DNA from: Candidatus Saccharimonadota bacterium
Lineage (GTDB): Bacteria > Patescibacteriota > Saccharimonadia > Saccharimonadales > DTSZ01
Length of the DNA stretch: 64,000 nt
NCBI GenBank assembly: GCA_012965045.1
Contig: DTSZ01000001.1
Span: 748,024-812,023 of the forward strand
Direction of reading: 5' to 3'
Below, piece by piece: positions 32,933 through 41,805 of the stretch. The notes under the pieces are model-generated. The model saw nothing but the letters and a program-made list of their open reading frames with translations, ran no database searches and was not told the DNA's origin. The number at the start of each line of letters is the position of its first letter. Positions within the stretch are counted from its first letter, which is position 1. Made by a program: the position numbers and the translations under genes.

Positions 32933-34240
32933 ATGGGTGTGTTCAAAACATACAGCAGTATAAAGTCAGCAGTTAAAAAATTCATTCCTGATTCGGTATT
33001 TAAGGCTTTGGTGAACCCGTTTCATTGGCTGGAAACCGTAGTAGCAATGGCTATTAATGGTTTTCCGCAACGGGGAATACGTTTTGTGGGAATCACAGGA
33101 ACAAATGGTAAAACCACTACAGCAATAATGATTACCAAAATCTTAGAAGAAGATGGTTATAGTGTTGGTTTAAATTCAACAGCGGTAATCGGCTTTAAGG
33201 GAATGTATCATGACAATACCTTTGCTCTAACCACTGCTAATCCGTTCCAGATTCATAAATTACTCAAGCAAATGCGCCGCGAAGGAGTTGATACTGTCGT
33301 TATGGAAGTGGCCTCACATGCTCTGGTTCAGCACCGAGTCTGGGGATTAAAATTCGAGACAGTTGTTTTTACTAATCTAAGTCGCGACCACTTGGACTAC
33401 CACAAAACAATGGAAAATTATGCCAGCGCAAAAGGGAAGCTATTTAGTAATTATCCAAAACTGTCAGTTATCAATAAAGACGATGAGTGGTTTAAGTTTT
33501 TTGATCAATACGACGCTGAGCAAAAGATTAGCTTTGGCACCGATAAAGCAGCCGACTGCAGAATTACAAAAGCCAAATTAAGCCAGAAGGGCAGCAAACT
33601 CACCTTTAAATTAGAAGACCGTGAAGCAGACATAAAACTGAACATTCCGGGTAAATATAATGCCTATAACGCTCTTGCAGCAGCAAGTGCAGCCTATGGA
33701 ATGGGAGTTGGCGTCGATACTATTCGGGCTGGTTTAGAAAAAATTGACGCCATACCTGGCCGGACGCAAATCATCGACGAAGGACAAGACTTTGTGGTGA
33801 TAATCGACCATGCTCACACCGAAGACGCCTTAGAAAACCTACTTACAACAGTGCGGTCAACACTAAAAGGACGTTTGATTTGTATAATCGGCGCCGACGG
33901 CGATCGCGATCCAACTAAACGTCAGCCATTGGGTAAAATTGCCGCCGAAAACAGCGAACTCGTCATTGTTACAGATCAAGAACCCTACACCGAAGATCCC
34001 GAAAAAGTTCGAAAGGCAGTCTTAAAAGGCGCAAAAACTGTTGAACTTGGTGTTGTAGTAAAAGAGATAGCCGATCGCAAGGAAGCTATAAAAGAGGCGT
34101 TGCGGTTTGCTAAAAAAGACGATGTTGTAGTTATTCCAGGGCTTGGAAATCAATTAACACGTGGTGTAGCCGACGGCAAAATGGACTGGGACGAGAGAGA
34201 GGTTACAACTGAGCTTTTGAAAGAGCTATTAGAGGAATAA
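32933..34240 (+). CDS. Mur ligase, MurE-like, with a short N-terminal domain
   Basis: 435 aa; P-loop GITGTNGKTTT; MEVASHALVQHRV..FTNLSRDHLDYHKTMENYASAKGKLF; IDHAHTEDALENLL; IGADGDRDPTKR. The position of the canonical DNPR motif reads TDQEPYTEDP. Confidence 0.8.
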   Translation: MGVFKTYSSIKSAVKKFIPDSVFKALVNPFHWLETVVAMAINGFPQRGIRFVGITGTNGKTTTAIMITKILEEDGYSVGLNSTAVIGFKGMYHDNTFALTTANPFQIHKLLKQMRREGVDTVVMEVASHALVQHRVWGLKFETVVFTNLSRDHLDYHKTMENYASAKGKLFSNYPKLSVINKDDEWFKFFDQYDAEQKISFGTDKAADCRITKAKLSQKGSKLTFKLEDREADIKLNIPGKYNAYNALAAASAAYGMGVGVDTIRAGLEKIDAIPGRTQIIDEGQDFVVIIDHAHTEDALENLLTTVRSTLKGRLICIIGADGDRDPTKRQPLGKIAAENSELVIVTDQEPYTEDPEKVRKAVLKGAKTVELGVVVKEIADRKEAIKEALRFAKKDDVVVIPGLGNQLTRGVADGKMDWDEREVTTELLKELLEE

Positions 34241-34257
34241 TTTAATAGAATTATTAA

Positions 34258-34733
34258 GCAAACTGTCGTTTGCGATTAATGTTCCATTTGTGCAGACAAA
34301 CGGAACCCAAAACTGCTGGGCGGAGTCACTTTTCTTTATTATTTGTTGCTAATTTAAATTGTTCTCATTCAGAGTGCATTCAATCAATAAGCCCCCAGCT
34401 TATTGAAGAAGCACACTTCACTCGGTGAGGTTCACACAATTTGAATCACAACATCTAATCAGGAAAACTGTCTTTTGTGCCCAGACCCAGCGAGCGAAAC
34501 TCGCACTGCAGCTAATCCACTCCGAAACCTTCCTGATGAAGAACGTATCAATAACAATTGTTCGAAGGGCGAGGACCACAAATGTGAGATTACGAACATT
34601 TTCTCGCAGCCAATTGTTATTTATACAAGAGAATCATAACGAAGAGTGAGTGTGGTGATCTTTTGGCTCCACCGTTTTGATCACTCAAAATGGTAGAAAT
34701 GGATGCAAGCGCCAGCTTGCTTAAACTATTTTT
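34258..34733 (+). ncRNA. unclassified large structured RNA, copy 2
   Basis: Same order of conserved blocks as copy 1; ends with hairpin GCAAGCgccaGCTTGC (34705-34720) followed by a T-rich run. Sits between the murE-like stop and a convergent gene, so it is not a 5' leader. Confidence 0.6.
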
Positions 34734-34738
34734 AAAAA

Positions 34739-35527
34739 CTATCTTAACGTCAGGGTTAAACACTTTATCCCACCACCGGATTTTTTGAATTCATTGATTT
34801 TTATAGCATGGGTATTAAAACCAGCGTTGCTAATGTCTTGAATAAGCTGTGGTGCGTCGGCGCTGATAACTACGTTGTTGCCGTCGCTAAACGTATTTAG
34901 GCCAAAGCCGATGGCGTCGGGCTCGCTGGCAATAATTACCGTACCTGCGAGTGCTTTAAGTTTTTCTTGTGCTTCTGGTGAAAAGGCGCCAGGGAAGTAG
35001 GCTAATGTGTCGTCGTTTAGCACAGTTAAACAAGTGTCGATGTGATAAAATCGTGGATCGACAAGTTCAAGTGAAATAACCTCTTGGTCTGTGAAAGTAT
35101 TCTGTAGCTCTTGATGAGACGCAAGGTCAGACCTAAACCCGTGCCCCGCTAAAATTTTGTTTCCAAAAAGTAGTGCGTCACCTTCGCCTTCAAAGTCAGC
35201 ATGCGGGATAGTTGTCTGCGAGTAGCCATTTTGAGTAAACCAATGCTTAAACAATTGAGTTTCAGGTTGGCGCTCAGGGAATTTAAATCGAGGTAACACC
35301 ACTTTGCCATCGATAACTAACGCTCCATTAGCGGTAAACACCATGTCCGGCAAGCCGCTTACTCCATCAATAAGTTGAATGTTATAGCCAAGAAAGTTAT
35401 AAATCTCAAAAAGCTCAATCCATTGTTGTTTGGCGCGCTGTGTATTAACGGGAGTGTCCGTTTTCATCCAGGCATTAATTTCGTAGCTAACTTCAAAATA
35501 ATCTGGTCGGCACATAAGTATATTCAT
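34739..35527 (-). CDS. amidinotransferase/DDAH-like guanidino-group-modifying enzyme family protein
   Basis: 262 aa; MNILMCRPDYFEVSYEINAWM N-terminus; catalytic-Cys C-terminus GGGIKCLTLTL typical of the arginine deiminase/DDAH/amidinotransferase superfamily. Confidence 0.65.
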   Translation of the reverse strand: MNILMCRPDYFEVSYEINAWMKTDTPVNTQRAKQQWIELFEIYNFLGYNIQLIDGVSGLPDMVFTANGALVIDGKVVLPRFKFPERQPETQLFKHWFTQNGYSQTTIPHADFEGEGDALLFGNKILAGHGFRSDLASHQELQNTFTDQEVISLELVDPRFYHIDTCLTVLNDDTLAYFPGAFSPEAQEKLKALAGTVIIASEPDAIGFGLNTFSDGNNVVISADAPQLIQDISNAGFNTHAIKINEFKKSGGGIKCLTLTLR

Positions 35528-35596
35528 AAGCTATAAGTGTAAATTAACATTGCATAATCGACTAAATGTTTTTTAAATGTGCTATATTATCTGTTA

Positions 35597-35857
35597 ATGA
35601 CAAGTCCAGAATCACCCAAACCAACAGTTGAGGAACGAGCTTTACAGGCCTTTAAAGAGTCTGTTGAAAGAATGGCCCGTGAAACTTTATCAGGGGCAGA
35701 GGAGCATACTTCAGAGGCTGTAGCATATTACAAACACCCCGACCGGACAGACGGAGAGCGAGTTGCATTTGCACTAGGAAGCCTAGTCGGCTCTTATGTC
35801 GAAGCGCTAAGGTTTGCCTCACTAGTTGACGCCGACATTGGTGCTAGTCTCTTATAA
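35597..35857 (+). CDS. hypothetical small protein
   Basis: ATG 35597 lies 8 nt after TGcTATATT (35580-35588), so the track start 35579 is inside the promoter. No recognisable motif. Confidence 0.45.
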   Translation: MTSPESPKPTVEERALQAFKESVERMARETLSGAEEHTSEAVAYYKHPDRTDGERVAFALGSLVGSYVEALRFASLVDADIGASLL

Positions 35858-35941
35858 TATTGACTAACAGTCAATATAATGCTATTGTTTATTTATTAAT
35901 TCACAAATTCACAAAAACAAAAAAAGGATATAAAAATAAAA

Positions 35942-36394
35942 ATGGAACAATTACCAGCACCCTCAAGTGAAGTTCAAAATATAATCGATAGCGATAATTT
36001 TACAGTCAACGAGATAGATGCGTTTGAAAGCGGCGCTCAAGCTTTATCAGAGTCGGCTACTCCAGAAGATCGTACTGAAGCCTTTCAGTTAGTAGTAGAT
36101 TCATCAGATGAGCCTGACTTAGCTCGCTTTCGGCGCTACCTTAATGCACGAAGACAAGATGATTCTGTAAGTGAACAGATGAATGCAGCCTATTTTGATG
36201 AAACATCCCCACCGCCCAACTCAAAACTACAAGATGCTGTCGAATATGGAGAAAGCACCGTGTCGCGGAAAATTGATGTCGTTAACAAGACAAAAGATGC
36301 TGTCAAAATTTTTGTTGATAACCGAGGTATCGTGCATTCGAATAAGGCAGAGGCTCTTACTACCGAGCGTACTTACGATAAACTAGCGCACTAA
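35942..36394 (+). CDS. hypothetical acidic protein
   Basis: 150-aa ORF with AAAGGA SD-like upstream; no recognisable motif. Confidence 0.5.
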   Translation: MEQLPAPSSEVQNIIDSDNFTVNEIDAFESGAQALSESATPEDRTEAFQLVVDSSDEPDLARFRRYLNARRQDDSVSEQMNAAYFDETSPPPNSKLQDAVEYGESTVSRKIDVVNKTKDAVKIFVDNRGIVHSNKAEALTTERTYDKLAH

Positions 36395-36520
36395 ACCAAA
36401 AATCGCCCAGTATTTAATTAAATACTAATATTGAATTATTTATAAAAATATGATATAAATACAACACCCTAGGTGAACCAAAGGACTTCTCTGGTTTGCT
36501 TCCCCTATCAAGGAAAGGGT

Positions 36521-37111
36521 GTGATTGAGTTGCGTAAGCACCTCACGTTCTTGTCCATCGACTACCCTGTAGCACTGGCTGGCTTGTTGGCCCTTGGACT
36601 GGCGTTCGTCATGCTCCTGGCCACACCAGCGCATGCGCAGCGTCCACCAAGCGAAGAGCCGCCTCCAGCGTCCTGCGCTGGCGTCGACCAGGACATCATC
36701 GAGATGCCGGTTGACGTTGCGGTTGCCAGCTTCTACGGCGGCAACGGTCTGGTCTCATCCGACTATCTCGTCGCCGATGCGCTGGCTCCGGCCGCACCTG
36801 TGCGTCGTGCTGTGGCGTCGACCTTCGCTGCCGACACGCCCGACCTACCAAGGTCCACCGTCGAGATGCTCGAGCACTACGCTTCGCTCTACCACGACCT
36901 TGGTATCGTTATCATCGGTGGCACCGCCGCCGTTGACGACCTGCAGGCCCAGCGTATCGCCGACCTGGCTGCTGACCTGGGAGCTCCCGATGTGCGCGTT
37001 ATGCGCATCGCCGGCGAGACTGGTCTCGACACCGCCGCAATGGTAGGCTGCGTAGTTGCAGCGAAGGCCCGGTACACGTTCGAGAACTCCACGTACTCCA
37101 GCCTGCGCTAG
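36521..37111 (+). CDS. secreted protein with a CWB2-type (cell-wall-binding repeat 2-like) domain, encoded on a GC-rich patch
   Basis: GTG 36521 after AGGAAAGG; signal peptide LAGLLALGLAFVMLLATPAHA. SSDYLVADALAPAAP...GIVIIGGTAAVDDLQAQRIADLAA..VRVMRIAGETGLDTAAMV matches the CWB2 pattern (ADALs..GG..avs..RiaG.dRy.Ta). 39/60 GC at 36661-36720 versus 20/60 at 35941-36000. Confidence 0.55.
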   Translation: MIELRKHLTFLSIDYPVALAGLLALGLAFVMLLATPAHAQRPPSEEPPPASCAGVDQDIIEMPVDVAVASFYGGNGLVSSDYLVADALAPAAPVRRAVASTFAADTPDLPRSTVEMLEHYASLYHDLGIVIIGGTAAVDDLQAQRIADLAADLGAPDVRVMRIAGETGLDTAAMVGCVVAAKARYTFENSTYSSLR

Positions 37112-37172
37112 GGCTACCTGCCAACGCCTGTTACTAGAGGAAGAAGTTGAATGACATGAACTCACTACAAAC

Positions 37173-37237
37173 AACCCCGCTACGCTGGTCGCTCACGCGA
37201 CATCAATTTACAGCAACAGCGGGGTTCATACTTTTTA
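37173..37237 (+). terminator. compound hairpin plus U-run ending the GC-rich patch
   Basis: AACCCCGC...(inner GTCGCtcacGCGAC)...GCGGGGTT then catacttttt. Confidence 0.4.
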
Positions 37238-37299
37238 CCTAGTTATATAAATACTTCACTGACGTAATTGTGTAAATCGAAGTTAGTTAACAGTTTAAT

Positions 37300-38262
37300 T
37301 TAATCATGGCGAATATATAAATATGGTGAGCCACTGCTCAGGCTTGTATGAAGGTTTTCTAAATCTGCTAGATTAGCCTCGCCTGGCTCAAGTTCTGGCC
37401 CTATATACTCAACCAAGCTATTTGGGTATTCTCGCGCGACATTAATCGCTCGCTGGTATAAGGTGATGTATTCACTTTCTTCAGGGTCTAAAAAGGCAAA
37501 CTCTTGATCGGGTGATTCATCATCAAATAGTTCCTCTGGAAGCTCTGGTTGTTTGCATTCTTGTTTCTTGCGCAGTTTATAAGCTCGCAAACGCTTCTTA
37601 ATGCCCGAGGGACACTTTTCGGGATAGCTCGCCTGAACCGCTGCAATAGTTGGCGGGACTAAGCGTGGGGAAACTTCTATTTCTTTCGGAAAAAGATCCT
37701 CGAATAAATTCACTAATTTTCTTGAAGCTCTTTGAATTTGTTCGTCGCGGTAGGTGCGCGCTATTGGCATAACAATGTCAGGGTAGTGTTTGCGAGCTAC
37801 TGGCACACGCTCTACTCCATCGTGCTGCAAGCGAATACTGGCGATTGCATTGTCAGTAAGTTCAGCTCTGGTGTCTTCGAAGTCTTGCCCTTGGAATCGA
37901 ACCACCAACATTCGCTTGTTGTCATATTTCATAACTTTTATCCGTGGGTCGGTAAGAGTTATTTCATCACGCCCATTCATTTGTCGAAAATCCTCCGATG
38001 CGTGGATCATTAAGCGGTATGGATTGTCGGATCCTTCAGGAAAGTACGCCTCAGGTTGAGAGAAAGTGTTTAGCGGTACACACGGACGATATCTTCGGCG
38101 CAACTCGGAAAGATTTTGTTCATGCACGCCATCAAAAAAGGCCGCTAAAGCGACCTGTGATTCAATAGTTGGGGTTAAAAGTAGTCGTGGCTTGTTTGGC
38201 TCGTACTCGTGCCAAGCGTCCACGGGTGTCTCTTGTGGTGTTTGTTTTAGACTACCTCTCAC
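37300..38262 (-). CDS. hypothetical protein
   Basis: 320-aa ORF with normal composition; no motif I can name. Confidence 0.55.
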   Translation of the reverse strand: MRGSLKQTPQETPVDAWHEYEPNKPRLLLTPTIESQVALAAFFDGVHEQNLSELRRRYRPCVPLNTFSQPEAYFPEGSDNPYRLMIHASEDFRQMNGRDEITLTDPRIKVMKYDNKRMLVVRFQGQDFEDTRAELTDNAIASIRLQHDGVERVPVARKHYPDIVMPIARTYRDEQIQRASRKLVNLFEDLFPKEIEVSPRLVPPTIAAVQASYPEKCPSGIKKRLRAYKLRKKQECKQPELPEELFDDESPDQEFAFLDPEESEYITLYQRAINVAREYPNSLVEYIGPELEPGEANLADLENLHTSLSSGSPYLYIRHD

Positions 38263-38362
38263 TAAATAAATATTAACAATATAATTTATATATATGCAAA
38301 TTAATTATGCTTAAACAACAGCCGATATTTGCTATTCTGTACAGGTATAACTATTGGAGGAA

Positions 38363-39121
38363 ATGGTGAAAAAAGTCTTAGCCTTTGATTTAGACGGGAC
38401 ATTAGCAGAAAGTAAATCAGCAATAACTCAAGAAATGTCAGATGTTCTTTCTGTACTTTTACAGAAATTCCAGATTTGTGTGATTTCAGGAGGAAAATAT
38501 GAACAATTTGAGAAGCAATTAATAAATAACCTTAAAGTAGATGAAAAATTATTACTTAATTTACACGTAATGCCAACGAGCGGCACACGATACGACCGCT
38601 ATGATATTGACTCACACAGCTGGCAAGAAGTTTATGCAGAGAATTTTACTGATAAAGAGAAGAAAGACATTATTACGGCTTTAGAAACCGGCGCAAAAGA
38701 GCTTGGCTTGGAGCCAGATAAAACCTGGGGAGATATAATTGAGGATAGAGGTAGTCAAATAACATGGTCTGCACTTGGGCAACAGGCACCTTCTAAAGAA
38801 AAACACGAATGGGACCCAGACCACTTAAAAAAAGTAGCTCTACGAGATTTCGTTGCTACTCGTCTCAAAGGTTTTAATGTGCGCACTGGTGGAACAACAT
38901 CTGTCGACATAACGAAAGACGGAATAGACAAGGCATATGGCATGCGTAAACTCATGGAAATTATTGGTCTAGAAAAAAAGGATATTCTATTTTTTGGTGA
39001 CGCAATTTATGAAGGTGGTAACGACTTAGCCGTAAAGGAGCTGGGAATCGACTCGGTGCAGGTTCGAGATCACTTAGAAACAGAGGCAATCTTGACATCT
39101 ATACTGCATTTAACAAAGTAG
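38363..39121 (+). CDS. HAD-IIB family hydrolase (phosphomannomutase-like/Cof-type)
   Basis: Motif I LAFDLDGTLAES; cap region VISGGKYEQFEKQL; motif IV FFGDAIYEGGNDLAV. Start ambiguous (TTG 38354 / ATG 38363 / GTG 38366; GGAGG at 38356-38360). TGcTATTCT promoter at 38330-38338. Confidence 0.75.
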   Translation: MVKKVLAFDLDGTLAESKSAITQEMSDVLSVLLQKFQICVISGGKYEQFEKQLINNLKVDEKLLLNLHVMPTSGTRYDRYDIDSHSWQEVYAENFTDKEKKDIITALETGAKELGLEPDKTWGDIIEDRGSQITWSALGQQAPSKEKHEWDPDHLKKVALRDFVATRLKGFNVRTGGTTSVDITKDGIDKAYGMRKLMEIIGLEKKDILFFGDAIYEGGNDLAVKELGIDSVQVRDHLETEAILTSILHLTK

Positions 39122-39154
39122 ACTATTTAGCAATATTATGCTAATGTATAATTT

Positions 39155-39541
39155 ATGGAAAAGCCTGCTTCTGGACCAGACCAAGAAAGAATACATGTAC
39201 TTCATAAACATTCCGTACTCGCAGATGAAGTTTTAGACCTGATTGACAATAAACTTCAAAAAAACGGTATTGCCTATAACGACCTTCTTGAAGAAAAAGT
39301 AGTCGCCTTTGAGCCTTATCAAAGAGAAGGGTGGAGTGTTCATGTATCGGTACCAAAAAGCCCAGCAGCACCTGCAGATAGACCTCTGCAGCCGCGTTGC
39401 ATTGTTGCAGCAGAAGATGAATGCGGAAGAATTGCCATCGGTGTACTCAATAAAGACAACGAGTTTTTAGATCCCGAGACGGCCGAACTAGTCGCTCCTG
39501 ATGAATTAGAACAATTAGAACAAGCTTTTGGCATAAATTAG
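39155..39541 (+). CDS. hypothetical protein
   Basis: 128-aa ORF. Leaderless: TGcTAATGT at 39139-39147, 7 nt before the ATG. Confidence 0.5.
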   Translation: MEKPASGPDQERIHVLHKHSVLADEVLDLIDNKLQKNGIAYNDLLEEKVVAFEPYQREGWSVHVSVPKSPAAPADRPLQPRCIVAAEDECGRIAIGVLNKDNEFLDPETAELVAPDELEQLEQAFGIN

Positions 39542-39564
39542 CACTTGCACCCTTAGAGTGCTAA
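39538..39564. promoter_or_regulatory. CIRCE operator (HrcA-binding inverted repeat) upstream of groES
   Basis: TTAGCACTT-gcaccctta-GAGTGCTAA versus consensus TTAGCACTC-N9-GAGTGCTAA (one mismatch). Its right arm overlaps a TGcTAATGA -10. Confidence 0.85.
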
Positions 39565-39608
39565 TGATACATTATTACCTACGAACATTAACGGAGGTAT
39601 TACTAATT

Positions 39609-39872
39609 ATGGCGAAGATCAATCCTTTGTCTGAATGGGTGGTTGCGACCAGAGAAGAGGCCAGCAACAAGACCGCATCTGGCTTTTATTTACCTGACAA
39701 CGCAAAAGAACAACCAAAAGTTGCCGTAGTAGAATCTGCTGGCGCTGCGGTTAAGACTGTAAAAAAAGGTGACCGTATTTTATTTAAGGAATACAGCACC
39801 ACCGAAGTTAAGTTAGACGGTACTGAATATATTTTAGTTAAAGAAGAAGACATTCTAGCTACTGTTAAATAG
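39609..39872 (+). CDS. groES: co-chaperonin GroES
   Basis: 87 aa from ATG 39609 (GGAGG SD); MAKINPLSEWVVATREE...GFYLPDNAKEQPKVAVVESAG...GDRILFKEYSTTEVKLDGTEYILVKEEDILA. The track start 39558 would run through CIRCE. Confidence 0.9.
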   Translation: MAKINPLSEWVVATREEASNKTASGFYLPDNAKEQPKVAVVESAGAAVKTVKKGDRILFKEYSTTEVKLDGTEYILVKEEDILATVK

Positions 39873-39985
39873 CTAGAATTTACAGTTTTCATTTTACATT
39901 TCACAGTGAATGAAAATTGATCATTGAAAAATTAATGCAAATTGTAAATTGTGAATTGATAAAACTCGACTGAAAGGAGAGAAGA

Positions 39986-41623
39986 ATGGCAAAACGAATG
40001 TTTTATGACGACGATGCTCGACGCAGAGTTTTAGAAGGCGCACGTCAATTATTTGAAGCAGTAAAAGTAACTATGGGGCCAAAAGGTCGCAATGTGGTTA
40101 TTAGTAAAAGCTACGGCGGACCAACCGTAACGCACGATGGTGTTACTGTGGCAAAAGCAGTAGAACTTGATGAAAAAGATGACGATACGCTTGGCTACAG
40201 TGTTGGTGCTGAACTTATTAAACAAGCGGCTAGCAAAATGAACGATGTAGCTGGCGACGGAACCACAACTGTTACAGTTTTGACCTACCATATTCTAAAC
40301 GAAGCCAACAAGCTTATTGCCGCTGGCCATAACCCAATGGACTTACGTCGTGAAGTCGAAGCAGCTTCAGAAAAAGCTCTTGCTGCTCTTAAGACTATGC
40401 GCGAAGACATTACCGCAAAAGGTGACAAAGTCGCTCAAGTTGCTAGCATTTCTGCCGGCGACGAAACAATTGGCACCATGATTGCCGATGTTATGAGCAA
40501 AGTCGGGAAAGACGGCGTTGTAACTGTAGAAGAAGGCCAAGGATTAGAGCTGGAAAGTGAAGTTGTTGAAGGCTTTAACATGGACCGCGGATTCGTAAGC
40601 CCATACATGGTTACTGACACCGCTCGTATGGAAGCCAGCTACGACCGACCACTTGTACTTGTTACCGACAAAAAAGTTAGCAGCATCCAAGAATTCCTAC
40701 CAGTGCTTGAAAAGGCTGCACAGGCTGGCAAAAAAGACCTCGTGCTAATTGCTGACGACGTTGAAGGTGAAGCACTTGGAACGTTGGTACTAAATAAGCT
40801 AAAAGGCACATTTAATACCTTAGCTATTAAAGCACCGGCGTTTGGTGATCGACGAAAAGCGATTCTAGAAGACATCGCAATCCTAACCGGAGCAACGGTA
40901 ATTAGCGAAGACCGCGGATACACTTTCGAAAACGCTGATCTTTCTATGCTTGGAACAGCTCGCAAAGTAATTGCCGACAAAGACAACACCACAATTATTG
41001 AAGGTGGCGGCACTGCAAGTGACATTGCTTCTCGCGTAGCTCAAATTAAGGGTCAGGTCGAAAACGCAACCAGCGAATACGACAAAGAAAACCTTGAAAA
41101 ACGCGTAGCTGCTCTAGAAGGCAAGGTTGCAGTCATAAAAGTTGGTGGCGCAACCGAGACCGAAATAGAAGAGAAAAAGTTCCGCGTTGATGACGCAGTA
41201 GCGGCAACCAAAGCTGCGTTGGACGAAGGTATCGTTGCTGGTGGTGGAGTTACGTTAGTTAACATTGCCGACAAACTAAGCGGTAAAGACACTGGCACTC
41301 AGCTACTTAAGGAAGCTCTTGCTAAGCCGTTCTTACAACTTATGACTAACGCTGGGCAAAATGGTGAAGTGAAATTAGCCGAACTTCGTGCAGGCAAAGC
41401 TGGTCAAGGCTTTAACGTTAAAGACACAACCAAGCTTGTAGACATGAAAACCAGCGGAATTGTCGACCCAGCTCGCGTAACCCGAGAAGCTATTCAAAAT
41501 GCAGTCAGCATTAGCTCAACCAGCATGACAATGGGAGCTCTGGTAGTAGAAGTGCCAGAAAAAGATGAAGCTCCAGCTATGCCAGGTGGCGGCATGGGCG
41601 GCGGTATGCCGGGAATGATGTAG
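39986..41623 (+). CDS. groEL: chaperonin GroEL
   Basis: 545 aa; AVKVTMGPKGRNVV, AGDGTTTVTVL, C-terminal GGM repeats PGGGMGGGMPGMM. Confidence 0.97.
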   Translation: MAKRMFYDDDARRRVLEGARQLFEAVKVTMGPKGRNVVISKSYGGPTVTHDGVTVAKAVELDEKDDDTLGYSVGAELIKQAASKMNDVAGDGTTTVTVLTYHILNEANKLIAAGHNPMDLRREVEAASEKALAALKTMREDITAKGDKVAQVASISAGDETIGTMIADVMSKVGKDGVVTVEEGQGLELESEVVEGFNMDRGFVSPYMVTDTARMEASYDRPLVLVTDKKVSSIQEFLPVLEKAAQAGKKDLVLIADDVEGEALGTLVLNKLKGTFNTLAIKAPAFGDRRKAILEDIAILTGATVISEDRGYTFENADLSMLGTARKVIADKDNTTIIEGGGTASDIASRVAQIKGQVENATSEYDKENLEKRVAALEGKVAVIKVGGATETEIEEKKFRVDDAVAATKAALDEGIVAGGGVTLVNIADKLSGKDTGTQLLKEALAKPFLQLMTNAGQNGEVKLAELRAGKAGQGFNVKDTTKLVDMKTSGIVDPARVTREAIQNAVSISSTSMTMGALVVEVPEKDEAPAMPGGGMGGGMPGMM

Positions 41624-41698
41624 GTAAATATGAGAGAAGGTGATTCCTTCTCTCATCGCCTAGCATAGCTAGGCTGCTCTCATCCCAATTCGAATCAA

Positions 41699-41727
41699 AG
41701 AACCTGAAGTAAATTCAGGTTCTTTTC
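41699..41727 (+). terminator. intrinsic terminator after groEL (preceded by an 11-bp hairpin at 41630-41656)
   Basis: AGAACCTGAAgtaaaTTCAGGTTCTtttc; upstream ATGAGAGAAGGtgattCCTTCTCTCAT. Confidence 0.7.
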
Positions 41728-41805
41728 TAGTAGAGAATTGAAAGTTGTTTAGATTATTTTGATGCGCGCAATAGTTTTATGAATTTTCTGCTACAGTAGT
41801 AGTCA

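Noticed and set aside
36594-37174. Three extra long ORFs (36594..37046 +, 36845..37174 -, 36889..37092 -) overlapping the CWB2 gene
   Set aside because: Stop-poor alternative frames are expected in 60-65 % GC DNA. Only the 36521..37111 frame has a signal peptide, an SD and a recognisable domain.
40049-41298. Several minus-strand ORFs inside groEL, with similar shadows inside valS, the permease (47871..48392, 48696..49097) and the giant gene
   Set aside because: They are shadow ORFs antisense to strongly supported conserved genes.
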